NCBI GenBank assembly: GCA_944388935.1
Contig: CALXKK010000001.1
Span: 62,344 to 126,343, forward strand
Direction: 5' to 3'
Length of the DNA stretch: 64,000 nucleotides
DNA from: an uncultured Clostridia bacterium
GTDB lineage: Bacteria > Bacillota > Clostridia > TANB77 > CAG-508
This document shows, piece after piece, positions 20,069-30,333 of the stretch. The notes beneath the pieces are model-generated. The model was not told the origin of the DNA, did not search any database, and saw only the letters and a list, made by a program, of their open reading frames with translations. The first letter of the stretch is position 1; every line of letters starts with the position of its first letter. Position numbers and translations under genes: made by a program.

Positions 20069-21961
20069 TTATTCTATTTCTATTGCGCCTGTGTATAGAC
20101 CATAGTACATACCTTTCTTCTTCAATAATTCTTCGTGATTTCCTCTTTCTATAATGTTTCCATGGTCTAATACCATTATTAAGTCTGAGTTCTTAATTGT
20201 AGAAAGTCTATGTGCTATAACAAATACTGTTCTTCCTTTCATAAGCTTATCCATACCATCTTGAACTATTTTTTCTGTTCTAGTATCTATACTTGAAGTT
20301 GCTTCATCTAGTATTAATACTGGTGGATTATATAGCGCTGCTCTTGCTATTGCAAGCAATTGTCTTTGTCCTTGAGATAATCCTTCTCCATCACCAGAAA
20401 TCATAGTTTCATAAGCATGTGGTAAATGTCTTATAAATCTATCTGCATTTGCAAGTTTTGCTGCGGCAACAACTTCCTCGTCTGTTGCGTTCATATTACC
20501 ATATTTAATGTTATCTTTTATTGTTCCTGTAAATAGATGTGTATCTTGTAAAACCATTCCTAATGATTTTCTTAAATCATCTTTTTTCATCTTCTTAATG
20601 TTAATTCCATCATATCTAATTTTACCTTCTTGAATATCATAGAAACGATTTATTAAGTTTGTAATTGTAGTCTTTCCAGCTCCTGTTGGACCAACGAAAG
20701 AAACCTTTTGTCCTTCTTTTGCAACTAGGCTTATATCATGTAAAACTACTTTCTTTGGTACATATCCAAATGTAACATTTTCAAATTCTACATTTCCACA
20801 TAATTTAGTATATGTAACTATTCCATTGCTATGTGGATGTTTCCAAGCCCAAAGTCCTGTTCTTTCTTTAGATTCTACTAATTTTCCATTTTCTTCTTTA
20901 GCATTTACTAATGTTACATATCCATTGTCTTCTTCTACTGGTTCATCTATTAATTTAAATATTCTTTCTGCACCAGCTAAAGCCATTGTCACAAAGTTTA
21001 ATTGTTGTGAAACTTGAGCAAGTGGGTTTGTAAATGCTTTTATATATTGTAAGAATGCTGCAATGCTACCTATTGTTAATATTCCATTAACAGCAAATAT
21101 ACCACCTACAACTGCAACTAATACATATCCTAAATTACCTATATTCATAATACAAGGCATTAATGTGTTTGCATAAGAATTGGCCTTTGTAGTACTCTCG
21201 AATAATTCTTCATTTAATTTGTCAAATCTTTCTTTAGATCTTTCTTCGTAGCAGAATACTTTAACAACTTTTTGACCATTCATTATTTCTTCTATGTATC
21301 CGTCAACTTTACCAATGTTCTCTTGTTGTCCTATAAAGTATTTTGAACTGTTTTTAGCAAAGAATCTTGAAACTATAGTCATAATAACTACCATTATTAG
21401 TACAATTCCAGTTAAATAAAGATTTGTTGTAACCATTCCTACAAATACAGCAACCATAGAAACTATTGCAGAAAATACTTGTGGAATACTTTGGCTTAAT
21501 GCCTGTCTTAATGTATCAACATCGTTTGTATAAGTACTCATTGTTTCACCATGGCTATGGCTATCAAAGTACCCTATTGGTAATTTTTGCATATGTTCGA
21601 ACATTTCTTTTCTAATTTTTCTTAATGTTCCATGAGTTATATTAATCATTAACCTATTATATACATATGTACCAATAATACCAATAATGTAAATCAATCC
21701 CATCGTTAATATTGCTTGTAATAAAGATGCATAATTTGGATTTTGATTTCCAATTAATGGTGTAATATATTCATCTATTAATGTTTGGATAAATTGTATT
21801 CCAACAACACTAGCTGCTGCGCTTATTATAATACTAATTAATACAACTACAAATTGACCTTTATAGTCGCTTAATGCGTATTTTATTAATCTCATTAATG
21901 TATGTGCTTTTTTAGTCTTGTTTTTCATCGTCAGTATCATCTCCTCCCATTTGAGATTCAT
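20069..21961 (-). CDS. ABC exporter permease/ATPase half-transporter with consensus NBD; start may be ATG at 21928
   Basis: 6 TM helices plus NBD. Walker A GPTGAGKTT, signature LSQGQRQ, Walker B LILDEATSSID, H-loop AHRLST. A ~40-aa insertion sits between the TMD and NBD. Confidence 0.8.
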   Translation of the reverse strand: MNLKWEEMILTMKNKTKKAHTLMRLIKYALSDYKGQFVVVLISIIISAAASVVGIQFIQTLIDEYITPLIGNQNPNYASLLQAILTMGLIYIIGIIGTYVYNRLMINITHGTLRKIRKEMFEHMQKLPIGYFDSHSHGETMSTYTNDVDTLRQALSQSIPQVFSAIVSMVAVFVGMVTTNLYLTGIVLIMVVIMTIVSRFFAKNSSKYFIGQQENIGKVDGYIEEIMNGQKVVKVFCYEERSKERFDKLNEELFESTTKANSYANTLMPCIMNIGNLGYVLVAVVGGIFAVNGILTIGSIAAFLQYIKAFTNPLAQVSQQLNFVTMALAGAERIFKLIDEPVEEDNGYVTLVNAKEENGKLVESKERTGLWAWKHPHSNGIVTYTKLCGNVEFENVTFGYVPKKVVLHDISLVAKEGQKVSFVGPTGAGKTTITNLINRFYDIQEGKIRYDGINIKKMKKDDLRKSLGMVLQDTHLFTGTIKDNIKYGNMNATDEEVVAAAKLANADRFIRHLPHAYETMISGDGEGLSQGQRQLLAIARAALYNPPVLILDEATSSIDTRTEKIVQDGMDKLMKGRTVFVIAHRLSTIKNSDLIMVLDHGNIIERGNHEELLKKKGMYYGLYTGAIEIE

Positions 21962-23693
21962 ATACTTCTTGGTATATCTTGTTTGTTTTTAATAATTCAT
22001 CTGATGTTCCTATTCCATCTATTCTACCATTATCCATTACAATTATTTTATCTGCATCAATAATAGAACTAATTCTTTGTGCAATTATTATTTTTGTAGT
22101 ATCTGGTATGTCTTCTCTAAATGCTTTTCTTATAAGTGCATCTGTTTTAGTATCTACAGCACTTGTAGAATCATCTAGAATTAATATTTTAGGTTTTTTA
22201 AGCAATGCTCTTGCTATACAAATTCTTTGTTTTTGACCACCTGATACGTTAGTTCCACCTTGGTCTAATACTGTTTGATATTTATCTGGTAATTCTTGTA
22301 TAAAACTATCTGCTTGAGCTAATTTACATGCTTCTACTAACTCTTCATCTGTAGCTTTTTCATTACCCCATCTTAAGTTTTCTGCTATAGTTCCAGAGAA
22401 TAATACATTTTTTTGTAAAACCATAGCAACTCCATTTCTTAAAGTCTCTAAGTCATAGTCTCTAACATCTACTCCTCCAACTTTTACGAAACCAGATTTT
22501 ACATCATATAATCTTGGAATTAAATTAACTAAAGATGTTTTTGAACTACCTGTTCCACCAATAATTCCTATTACTTCACCTGCATTAATTTTTAAATTAA
22601 TATCTTCAAGTGGAAGCATCTCATTTGCTTTTGCATCATCATATTGGAAGTCTACATCTATAAATTCTATACTTCCATCTTTTATCTCTTTAATTGTTTT
22701 CTCTTTATTTTTGATAGTTGGTTCTTCTGTTAAAACTTCAACTATTCTTTCTGCTGATGATTCTGAAATAATTATCATAACTAATACCATAGAAAGCATC
22801 ATTAAACTTGATAATATTTGCCATGCATATGTAATTAAGCTTGATAATTGTCCTGTTTGCATTCCTCCAGTTACAATTGCCTTTGCTCCAAGCCATGACA
22901 ATAATAAAATACAACCATATATTGCAATTTGCATAAGTGGACTATTGAATATTACTATTTTTTCAGCTTTTTTAAATAATCTATATACTAAAGAATTAAC
23001 GTCCCCAAATTTTTTCTCTTCGAAATCTTCTGTTGCAAAAGATTTAACAACTCTTATTGCATTTAAATTTTCTCCAACAACTCTGTTTAATTCATCATAT
23101 TTTTTAAATACTTTTTCAAAATATGGATGTGCTTTTATAGAAATAAAAGCTAATAATATTGCAAGTGGTACCATAGTTACTACATATACTATTGATAGTT
23201 CCTTATTGATAGAAAATGCCATAACTAATGCAAATACTATCATTACAGGTCCTCTTACCAATGCTCTTATTATCATTTGAAAAGCCATTTGAACATTTGT
23301 AACATCAGTTGTTAATCTTGTTACTAAACTTGATGTAGAAAATTTGTCTATGTTTGAAAAAGAATAATTTTGAATGTTATAGAACATTCCTTGTCTTAAA
23401 TTTTTAGCAAATCCTGAAGAAGCAATAGATGCAAATCTTCCTGAAAGTACACCAAAAATTAAAGACATAATTGCAGAAATTACTAACATGATTCCGATTC
23501 TAACAATATAATCTAAATCACTATTTTGAATTCCCACATCAATTATTCTTGCCATAAGATAAGGTATTACAACCTCCATTACAATCTCTAAAACAACCAT
23601 AAAAGGTGTTAGAATTGCATATTTTTTGTACTGCTTGATGTATTTTGCTAGTTCTTTAATCATCTCTTCTATTTCTCCTTTCTTTTTTAGCAC
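21912..23693 (-). CDS. ABC exporter permease/ATPase half-transporter with degenerate NBD; partner of the downstream subunit
   Basis: Walker A GGTGSSKTS, signature VSGGQKQ, Walker B LILDDSTSAVD (Asp replaces the catalytic Glu), H-loop position IAQRIS (Gln replaces His). This is the asymmetric LmrCD/BmrCD-type heterodimer arrangement. Confidence 0.8.
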   Translation of the reverse strand: MLKKKGEIEEMIKELAKYIKQYKKYAILTPFMVVLEIVMEVVIPYLMARIIDVGIQNSDLDYIVRIGIMLVISAIMSLIFGVLSGRFASIASSGFAKNLRQGMFYNIQNYSFSNIDKFSTSSLVTRLTTDVTNVQMAFQMIIRALVRGPVMIVFALVMAFSINKELSIVYVVTMVPLAILLAFISIKAHPYFEKVFKKYDELNRVVGENLNAIRVVKSFATEDFEEKKFGDVNSLVYRLFKKAEKIVIFNSPLMQIAIYGCILLLSWLGAKAIVTGGMQTGQLSSLITYAWQILSSLMMLSMVLVMIIISESSAERIVEVLTEEPTIKNKEKTIKEIKDGSIEFIDVDFQYDDAKANEMLPLEDINLKINAGEVIGIIGGTGSSKTSLVNLIPRLYDVKSGFVKVGGVDVRDYDLETLRNGVAMVLQKNVLFSGTIAENLRWGNEKATDEELVEACKLAQADSFIQELPDKYQTVLDQGGTNVSGGQKQRICIARALLKKPKILILDDSTSAVDTKTDALIRKAFREDIPDTTKIIIAQRISSIIDADKIIVMDNGRIDGIGTSDELLKTNKIYQEVYESQMGGDDTDDEKQD

Positions 23694-23748
23694 ATGGGTT
23701 ATTGTATCATAAAAAATTTTTTATTGCCATACCTTTTTTTATTTTTTT

Positions 23749-23777
23749 GAACTCGAGGGACGGAGGTTAAAAGTTCA
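23749..23777 (+). repeat. REP-like hairpin repeat, copy A1 (variant GAACTCGAGGGACGGAGGTTAAAAGTTCA)
   Basis: Member of a 7-copy family in this window. Forms an inverted pair with A2, 17 bp away. Confidence 0.6.
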
Positions 23778-23794
23778 AAGGTTCACATAAAAAA

Positions 23795-23823
23795 TGAACT
23801 TTAAGGTCCGTCCCTAAAGTTCA
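23795..23823 (-). repeat. REP-like hairpin repeat, copy A2 (inverted); overlaps the stop codon of the VanY-like gene
   Basis: TGAACTTTAAGGTCCGTCCCTAAAGTTCA is the reverse complement of the family consensus. Confidence 0.6.
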
Positions 23824-24618
23824 ATTATTTTTTAAATATTCTACATATTCTTCTAAGCATAATCCTAAGTCTTTCATTTCTTTGGCATATTCTGGGCCTA
23901 CATATCTCCAATGCCATGGTTCATATTTTATTTGTGTTATGTCTTCTTTGTCTTTCGGATATCTTAGTATGAATCCATAATTTGCTGCATTTTCTACAAG
24001 CCATGGAAAAGCTGGCTCATCTTCGAATTCATTATCAACATTGTTAAAGTCCACCGCTAATCCTAAATTATGTTCGCTCCTGTATGGCTCTTCTATTCCT
24101 CTTAATGTAAGACTTCTTGCTTCTTCTTCTGTCTTTCCTTGTTCTAAATATTCTTGTATACTTTCTTCTATTAAACGTTTTTGTTTTTCTGGGCTCCTAT
24201 ATGTAGATTGTGCCCATATATTTTTTATTCCTGCTGCTTTCATATCTAGTATCATTTGCGTTAGGCTATCTATAGCTCTTGCATCGAATTGTCTTTCGTT
24301 ATCTATGTTTGCAAGTGGTGGAATATAATCTTCTGACATTTTATTTTCATAATTTACTAAAATTAATTTCCAATCATTTAATTTTCGCAAACTTTCTTCT
24401 GAAGTAACCTGTTCTACAATAGTATTATTATTGTCAATAATATTAGTTTCATTTGAAATGTTATTTGCCATAGCACCAACTTCCTTACTGTTTCCTAAAT
24501 TGTTTAATATATATACTAATATTATACTAACAATCATTATAATTGATACCACAATTCTATATATAAATATAATTTTATTACCTTGCTGTTTAACTTCCTT
24601 TTCTTCCACCATTCTCAC
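23821..24618 (-). CDS. D-alanyl-D-alanine carboxypeptidase, VanY/peptidase M15B family, membrane-anchored
   Basis: N-terminal TM helix, SEHNLGLAVDF (SxHxxGxAxD), EPWHWRYVG. Confidence 0.8.
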   Translation of the reverse strand: MRMVEEKEVKQQGNKIIFIYRIVVSIIMIVSIILVYILNNLGNSKEVGAMANNISNETNIIDNNNTIVEQVTSEESLRKLNDWKLILVNYENKMSEDYIPPLANIDNERQFDARAIDSLTQMILDMKAAGIKNIWAQSTYRSPEKQKRLIEESIQEYLEQGKTEEEARSLTLRGIEEPYRSEHNLGLAVDFNNVDNEFEDEPAFPWLVENAANYGFILRYPKDKEDITQIKYEPWHWRYVGPEYAKEMKDLGLCLEEYVEYLKNN

Positions 24619-24636
24619 CTAACTAAATAATTTTTC

Positions 24637-25641
24637 TTAACTGTTTTTAACTATATAATTCCATGAATCTTTACACATTTGCTTTAGGTCTTTTTCTGCA
24701 ACCCATCCTAATTCATTTTTTGCCTTTGTAGGATCAGAATAACATTTATCTATATCTCCTGCTCTTCTTGGAGCTATTTTATATGGTACTTTTTTACCTG
24801 TTACTTCTTCAAATGTTTTTACAAGGTCTAGAACACTATATCCTTTACCTGTTCCTAAATTGTAAATAAATAAACCTTGTCCTTCTTTTTCTAGTTTTTC
24901 TAATGCATTAATGTGTCCTTTTGCTAAATCCACAACATGAATATAATCTCTTACACCTGTTCCGTCCGGCGTATCATAGTCATTTCCAAAAACAGATAAT
25001 TCTTTTAATGTACCATTTGCAACCCTTACAATATATGGCATTAAATTATTTGGTATACCTTGAGGCTCTTCTCCAATTAATCCACTTTCGTGTGCTCCAA
25101 TTGGGTTAAAATATCTTAAAATAACTATATCCCAAGTATTATCAGATTTATATACATCTTTTAAAATTTGTTCTATAAATAATTTACTAGTTCCATAAGG
25201 ATTTGTTGTTCCTCCTGTTTTGCACTCTTCTGTAATAGGAACAACCTCTGGGTTTCCATACACTGTAGCAGATGAACTAAATACAAATTTCTTAACATTA
25301 TTTTTTCTCATAACATCTAATAATGTTAATGTTCCAGAAATATTATTTGTATAATATTCTATTGGCTTTTGTACAGACTCTCCTACTGCTTTAAATCCTG
25401 CAAAATTTAATACAGCTTCAATATCATTCTCTTTAAATACCTTGTCTAATTTTTCTCTATCCAAATAATTGATTTCGTAAAATTTAAAATCTTTATTTGT
25501 TATTTTTCTAATTGCATCTAATACCTCTGGTTTACTATTAGAGAAGTCATCTATAACAACAACATCCCTATTTGCATTTAATAATTCTATAACAGTATGA
25601 CTACCAATGTAGCCTGCTCCTCCAGTAACTAAAATTGACAT
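24637..25641 (-). CDS. galE: UDP-glucose 4-epimerase
   Basis: MSILVTGGAGYIGSH Rossmann motif, YxxxK (YGTSK) and C-terminal epimerase motifs. GGGAGG SD lies 8 nt upstream of the ATG at 25641. The ORF-track start (25698) lacks an SD. Confidence 0.85.
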   Translation of the reverse strand: MSILVTGGAGYIGSHTVIELLNANRDVVVIDDFSNSKPEVLDAIRKITNKDFKFYEINYLDREKLDKVFKENDIEAVLNFAGFKAVGESVQKPIEYYTNNISGTLTLLDVMRKNNVKKFVFSSSATVYGNPEVVPITEECKTGGTTNPYGTSKLFIEQILKDVYKSDNTWDIVILRYFNPIGAHESGLIGEEPQGIPNNLMPYIVRVANGTLKELSVFGNDYDTPDGTGVRDYIHVVDLAKGHINALEKLEKEGQGLFIYNLGTGKGYSVLDLVKTFEEVTGKKVPYKIAPRRAGDIDKCYSDPTKAKNELGWVAEKDLKQMCKDSWNYIVKNS

Positions 25642-25716
25642 AATTATTACCTCCCATTTATTACAATTATCTATATTATAACTCTTGCGAAAAGACAAAG
25701 TTCAAGAGTTTTGTTT

Positions 25717-26286
25717 TTATTGTTTCTGATATATCTTCTTATATATTTCGTAATCTCTTAAAATTTTTCTTACATAGTTATTAGTTTCTCTAAATGGAAT
25801 ATTCTCTATATCCGAACCATCAGCCGAAATAGTTTCTTCTTGTATCCATTTATCTACATTCCCACTTCCTGCATTATATGCAGTTAATGCTATTGGAACG
25901 CTTTTATATGATTCATATAATGTAGAAAAATATTTAGTTCCTAATTTGATATTTGTTTCTGGATCTTTTAATTCATCTTTTTCGTATTCCATACCTAATT
26001 TTTTTGCTGTATCTTCTGCTGTTGTATCCATAAGTTGCATTAGTCCAACTGCATTACTCTTAGAGACTACATCTGGTTCAAAATTACTTTCAGCTTTAAT
26101 TATTGCATATACCAATAAAGAGTCCACGCCATATTCGTTAGAATATGCTTCTACGTACTCTGAATATTTTTGAGGATAGATTTGTCTTATTATTATTTTA
26201 TGTACTTCAAAGACACCAAAAACTAAATATATTATAGCACATATAAATAGTAATATAACTATTATCTTTAGTAATTTTTTTGTCAT
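25717..26286 (-). CDS. Lytic transglycosylase (SLT domain), membrane-anchored
   Basis: N-terminal TM helix, ...AIIKAESNFEPDVVSKSNAVGLMQLM catalytic Glu/SLT motif, AYNAG. Confidence 0.8.
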   Translation of the reverse strand: MTKKLLKIIVILLFICAIIYLVFGVFEVHKIIIRQIYPQKYSEYVEAYSNEYGVDSLLVYAIIKAESNFEPDVVSKSNAVGLMQLMDTTAEDTAKKLGMEYEKDELKDPETNIKLGTKYFSTLYESYKSVPIALTAYNAGSGNVDKWIQEETISADGSDIENIPFRETNNYVRKILRDYEIYKKIYQKQ

Positions 26287-26406
26287 AATTACCCATATGA
26301 TATATAGAAATATACCATACTCTCCTTTCTTCTAGATTTATTCGTATATACACTTTATAAAGCTTTAAGTAACAATTTTTTCTTTTTATAATTGCAATCT
26401 TATATA

Positions 26407-29112
26407 TTATTTTAAATCATACCAATTATATGCTTCAGAAACATCTGCTCTTAATGGTACTTTTAGTTTTGCTGCATTTTCCATTGATGTCTTTAATAAT
26501 TCTTTAACCTCTTCTTTTTCTTCTTCTTTAGTTTCAATTAAAAGTTCATCGTGTATTTGCAAAATTAGTTTAGATTGCAAATGTCTCTCTTTTAATTTAT
26601 TAAAAACATCTATCATTGCAATTTTCATTATGTCTGCTGCTGTTCCCTGTATTGGAGTGTTCATAGCAGCCCTAGATCCAAATTGTCTTATATTGTAGTT
26701 TTTAGATTTAAGCTCTGGTATATACCTCCTCCTCTTAAATAATGTTTCTACATACCCCTTTTCTTTAGCCTCTTCTACGATGTCTGACATATATTGCTTT
26801 ATTCCACTGTATTTTTGTAAATATTGTTCTATATATTCTTTTGCTTGTTTTCTAGATACTCCAATTTGTTCTGCTAATCCGAAATCACTTATTCCATACA
26901 CAATTCCGAAATTAACTGCCTTAGCATGGCTTCTTTGTTCCTTTGTTACCTCATCTATTGGAACATTAAATACACTTGCAGCTGCTTGTTTATGTATGTC
27001 CTCATTATTCTTAAAAGCCTGTATCATATGTTCATCATTAGACATATGTGCAAGTACTCTTAGCTCTATTTGCGAATAATCTGCATCTATAAATAAATAT
27101 CCTTCTTTTGGCTTAAACGCTTTTCTTAACTGTTTTCCAAGTTCTATTCTAGTTGGAATATTTTGAAGATTTGGTTCTGTTGAACTTATTCTTCCTGTTG
27201 CAGTTATTGTTTGATGAAAATATGAGTGAATTCTTCCAGTTACCGGATTTATATATGGTTTTAAGCCTTCTACATAGGTTGAATTCAATTTAGTTAAACT
27301 TCTATATTCCAATATTTTTTCTACTACTGGATGTATCTTTTTTAGTTTTTCTAAGACATCAACATCTGTTGAATATCCTGTTTTTGTCTTCTTAATTACT
27401 GGTAACTTAAGTTTCTCGAACAAAACCTCTCCTAATTGTTTTGTAGAATTTATATTAAATTCTGTTCCACTTAATTCATATATCTCTTGCGTTAACTTTG
27501 CAATATTTTCTTTTAATTTTACTCCAAATTCTTCTAATTCATCCTTATCTATTTGTATTCCTGCATATTGCATTTCTGAAAGGACTTCCACTAAAGGCAT
27601 TTCTATATTTTTAAATAGCTCTGTTTCTTCTAGTTCTGCCAATTTTTTTGTAGTTGTCTCGTATAATTTATATATTAAATAAGAATATAAAGTATTTAGA
27701 TATTTTTCATACTCAGTATTATCAGCATTTTGCTCAAATAAATTCATTTGCTCTTGCTTCTTTATTCCCAATGAATTTAAGTATTCATCCATATCAAAAT
27801 CTAAATACTGATATGCTACATCCTGCATTTTATATTTCATATTTGTTGGGTCTAAATCGTATACTGCAATTTCTGCATCATAACTAATGTCTTTAGGTGC
27901 TATTCCCATCTGTTTTAATAAAATATAATCTTCCGAAATTTTATATCCATATTTTTTAATTTCTTCGTTTTCAAATATTTCTTTTAGATATTCTACATCT
28001 TCATTTTTTATTTGTGAAAAATATGCTTTGTTTTCCTTACTATCATAAAAAGAAAAAGTAACTATTTCTTTTTTTATGATATATGCTGGATTGTCTGCTT
28101 CTTTTGTAAAAAAATGATAAAATAATTCTTTGTTTTTTAGAATAATCTCTTTAGCTTTCTTTAAGTCAATTTCTTCTATTTCATATTTTTCTGTAGCTTC
28201 TTCCTGCTTTAAATCTTCTTCTGATGCTAAATTAAATCTTTCTATATATCTATTAAAGTTTAATTCTTTAAACAATTTTAAAACTTCTTGCTTATCCCAT
28301 TCTTCTACTTTAAAATCGTCTAAGTTTTCATCTATAGGAGAATTTACATTTATAGTTCCAAGTTCTCTAGAAAGTATTGCTAAATCCTTATTTTCTAATA
28401 TTTTTTCTCTTGTTTTTCCTTTAACATCCTCAGCTTTTCCTTCTTCTAAAAGCTTATACAAATTATCTATGCTTTTATATTCTTGTATTAATTTTATAGC
28501 TGTCTTTTCTCCTACTCCTGGAACTCCTGGAATATTATCAGAAGTATCTCCTTGTAGACCTTTAACTTCTATTAATTGCTTTGGCTCTAGATTATATATT
28601 TCTCTTACTTTATCTGCATTATAATCGTCTTCTTCAGTTTTACCTGCTTTTGTATGCGGAATTCTTATTGTAACTTTGTCGGTTGCAAGTTGGAATGTAT
28701 CCCTATCTCCAGATAAAATTGTTACATCCAAGCCCTGCTTTTCTCCATATACAGATAATGTACCTAAGATGTCATCACCTTCGTAACCTTCTTTTTCTAC
28801 AATATCTATATTCATTGCTCTTAAAACATTTTTAATAATAGGCATTTGGCAAGCTAATTCATCTGGCATTCCTTTTCTGTTAGCTTTGTAGCCATCATAC
28901 ATTTCGTGTCTTTTAGTTGGACCTTTCATATCAAAAGCAACAACTAAATATTCTGGTTTAATATCATCCAATATTTTAAACATAATAGCCAAAAAGCCAT
29001 ATACAGCATTTGTGGGTGTTCCATCTTTAGTTGCAAGCATTCTACTACCCATAATGCCATAAAACGCTCTATTTAAAATACTATTACCATCAATTAATAC
29101 TAATTTACTCAA
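26407..29112 (-). CDS. polA: DNA polymerase I
   Basis: 5'-3' exonuclease N-terminus, RRxAKxxNFGxxYG and QIHDELL palm motifs. 901 aa. Confidence 0.95.
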   Translation of the reverse strand: MSKLVLIDGNSILNRAFYGIMGSRMLATKDGTPTNAVYGFLAIMFKILDDIKPEYLVVAFDMKGPTKRHEMYDGYKANRKGMPDELACQMPIIKNVLRAMNIDIVEKEGYEGDDILGTLSVYGEKQGLDVTILSGDRDTFQLATDKVTIRIPHTKAGKTEEDDYNADKVREIYNLEPKQLIEVKGLQGDTSDNIPGVPGVGEKTAIKLIQEYKSIDNLYKLLEEGKAEDVKGKTREKILENKDLAILSRELGTINVNSPIDENLDDFKVEEWDKQEVLKLFKELNFNRYIERFNLASEEDLKQEEATEKYEIEEIDLKKAKEIILKNKELFYHFFTKEADNPAYIIKKEIVTFSFYDSKENKAYFSQIKNEDVEYLKEIFENEEIKKYGYKISEDYILLKQMGIAPKDISYDAEIAVYDLDPTNMKYKMQDVAYQYLDFDMDEYLNSLGIKKQEQMNLFEQNADNTEYEKYLNTLYSYLIYKLYETTTKKLAELEETELFKNIEMPLVEVLSEMQYAGIQIDKDELEEFGVKLKENIAKLTQEIYELSGTEFNINSTKQLGEVLFEKLKLPVIKKTKTGYSTDVDVLEKLKKIHPVVEKILEYRSLTKLNSTYVEGLKPYINPVTGRIHSYFHQTITATGRISSTEPNLQNIPTRIELGKQLRKAFKPKEGYLFIDADYSQIELRVLAHMSNDEHMIQAFKNNEDIHKQAAASVFNVPIDEVTKEQRSHAKAVNFGIVYGISDFGLAEQIGVSRKQAKEYIEQYLQKYSGIKQYMSDIVEEAKEKGYVETLFKRRRYIPELKSKNYNIRQFGSRAAMNTPIQGTAADIMKIAMIDVFNKLKERHLQSKLILQIHDELLIETKEEEKEEVKELLKTSMENAAKLKVPLRADVSEAYNWYDLK

Positions 29113-29134
29113 AGGTTCTTCCTCCTATTTAAAA

Positions 29135-30271
29135 CTACATCAAATATTTTTTTGCTATTTCGTAAAAAAGCTGTGTTCCAATTAATATTGTTTTTTCTCC
29201 AACTGTAAAGTTTTCATTATGTTGAGGATAATATACATCTCCACCACAACCAACGAAAATCATACATCCAGGTACTTTTTCTAGATAATATGAAAAGTCC
29301 TCTGAAGTAGTTGTTTGATAATCTGTTACTACATTTTCTGCATCTACAACTTTTTTGGCTAATTTCTGTACTGTTTCTGCTTCTTCTTTAAAATTTACTG
29401 TTACTGGATATTGAACTAAGAATTTTACTTCTGCTCTTCCACCCATTTCTTTTGCAATATTTTCTACAGTACTTACTAATTTTTCTTTCATTTCTTTTCT
29501 TACTTCATTATTATTGGTTCTGCAAATACCTTTCATAAATACTTCGTCTGGAATAACATTATTTGTTTTTCCACCACTTATAGCTGTAACTCCCATAATT
29601 GCTTTTTCATCTATATCTACATCTAGCCTAGCCATTTCTTTTAAAGCAATTCCTATTTTATTGGCTATATAAATAGTATCGACACATTTTTCTGGCATTG
29701 CAGCATGTCCACCTTTACCATATACATAAATATCATATGGGTCTGATGACGCCATTACAGTTCCTGATTTTATTCCAATAGAGCCTTCTTTTAGTTCACT
29801 CCAAACATGTATTGCAAAAGCTTTGTCTACTTTTGGATTTTCCAAAGCTCCATTTTCTACCATTTTGCTAGCTCCTGCGTCTCCTTCTTCGTCTGGTTGG
29901 AATAGTAATTTTACAGTTCCTTTTAATTTGTCTTTGTTGTCCATTAATATTTTAGCAAGAGAAAGTAATATTGTCATATGAGCATCATGACCGCAAGTAT
30001 GCTTGGTTCTGCCTGTTTCGTCCATTATAACAGCATCCATATCACTTCTGAATAATATGCATGGTCCGTCTTCTTTTCCTTTTAATGTTGCAACAATTCC
30101 TGTTGCATAAATATTTTGATTTATATCTGTATAACCCATTTCTTCCAATCTTTGTTTAATATATGCTGATGTTTTAAACTCGCATAAACCTTTTTCTGGA
30201 TGATTCCAAAGATATTCCTTATCCTTTTTCATCTGTGGTTTTAAATCTGTTACTATTTTTTCAATATTCAC
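29135..30271 (-). CDS. M20D-family amidohydrolase (N-acyl-L-amino-acid amidohydrolase / hippurate-hydrolase-like)
   Basis: CGHDAHMTILL metal-binding motif, 378 aa, dimerisation-domain pattern. Confidence 0.75.
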   Translation of the reverse strand: MNIEKIVTDLKPQMKKDKEYLWNHPEKGLCEFKTSAYIKQRLEEMGYTDINQNIYATGIVATLKGKEDGPCILFRSDMDAVIMDETGRTKHTCGHDAHMTILLSLAKILMDNKDKLKGTVKLLFQPDEEGDAGASKMVENGALENPKVDKAFAIHVWSELKEGSIGIKSGTVMASSDPYDIYVYGKGGHAAMPEKCVDTIYIANKIGIALKEMARLDVDIDEKAIMGVTAISGGKTNNVIPDEVFMKGICRTNNNEVRKEMKEKLVSTVENIAKEMGGRAEVKFLVQYPVTVNFKEEAETVQKLAKKVVDAENVVTDYQTTTSEDFSYYLEKVPGCMIFVGCGGDVYYPQHNENFTVGEKTILIGTQLFYEIAKKYLM

Positions 30272-30333
30272 ATTATTACCTTCTTACTTAATTTTTTATT
30301 AAGAGTTTTTAATTAATAAGCCTTCTTATTATT

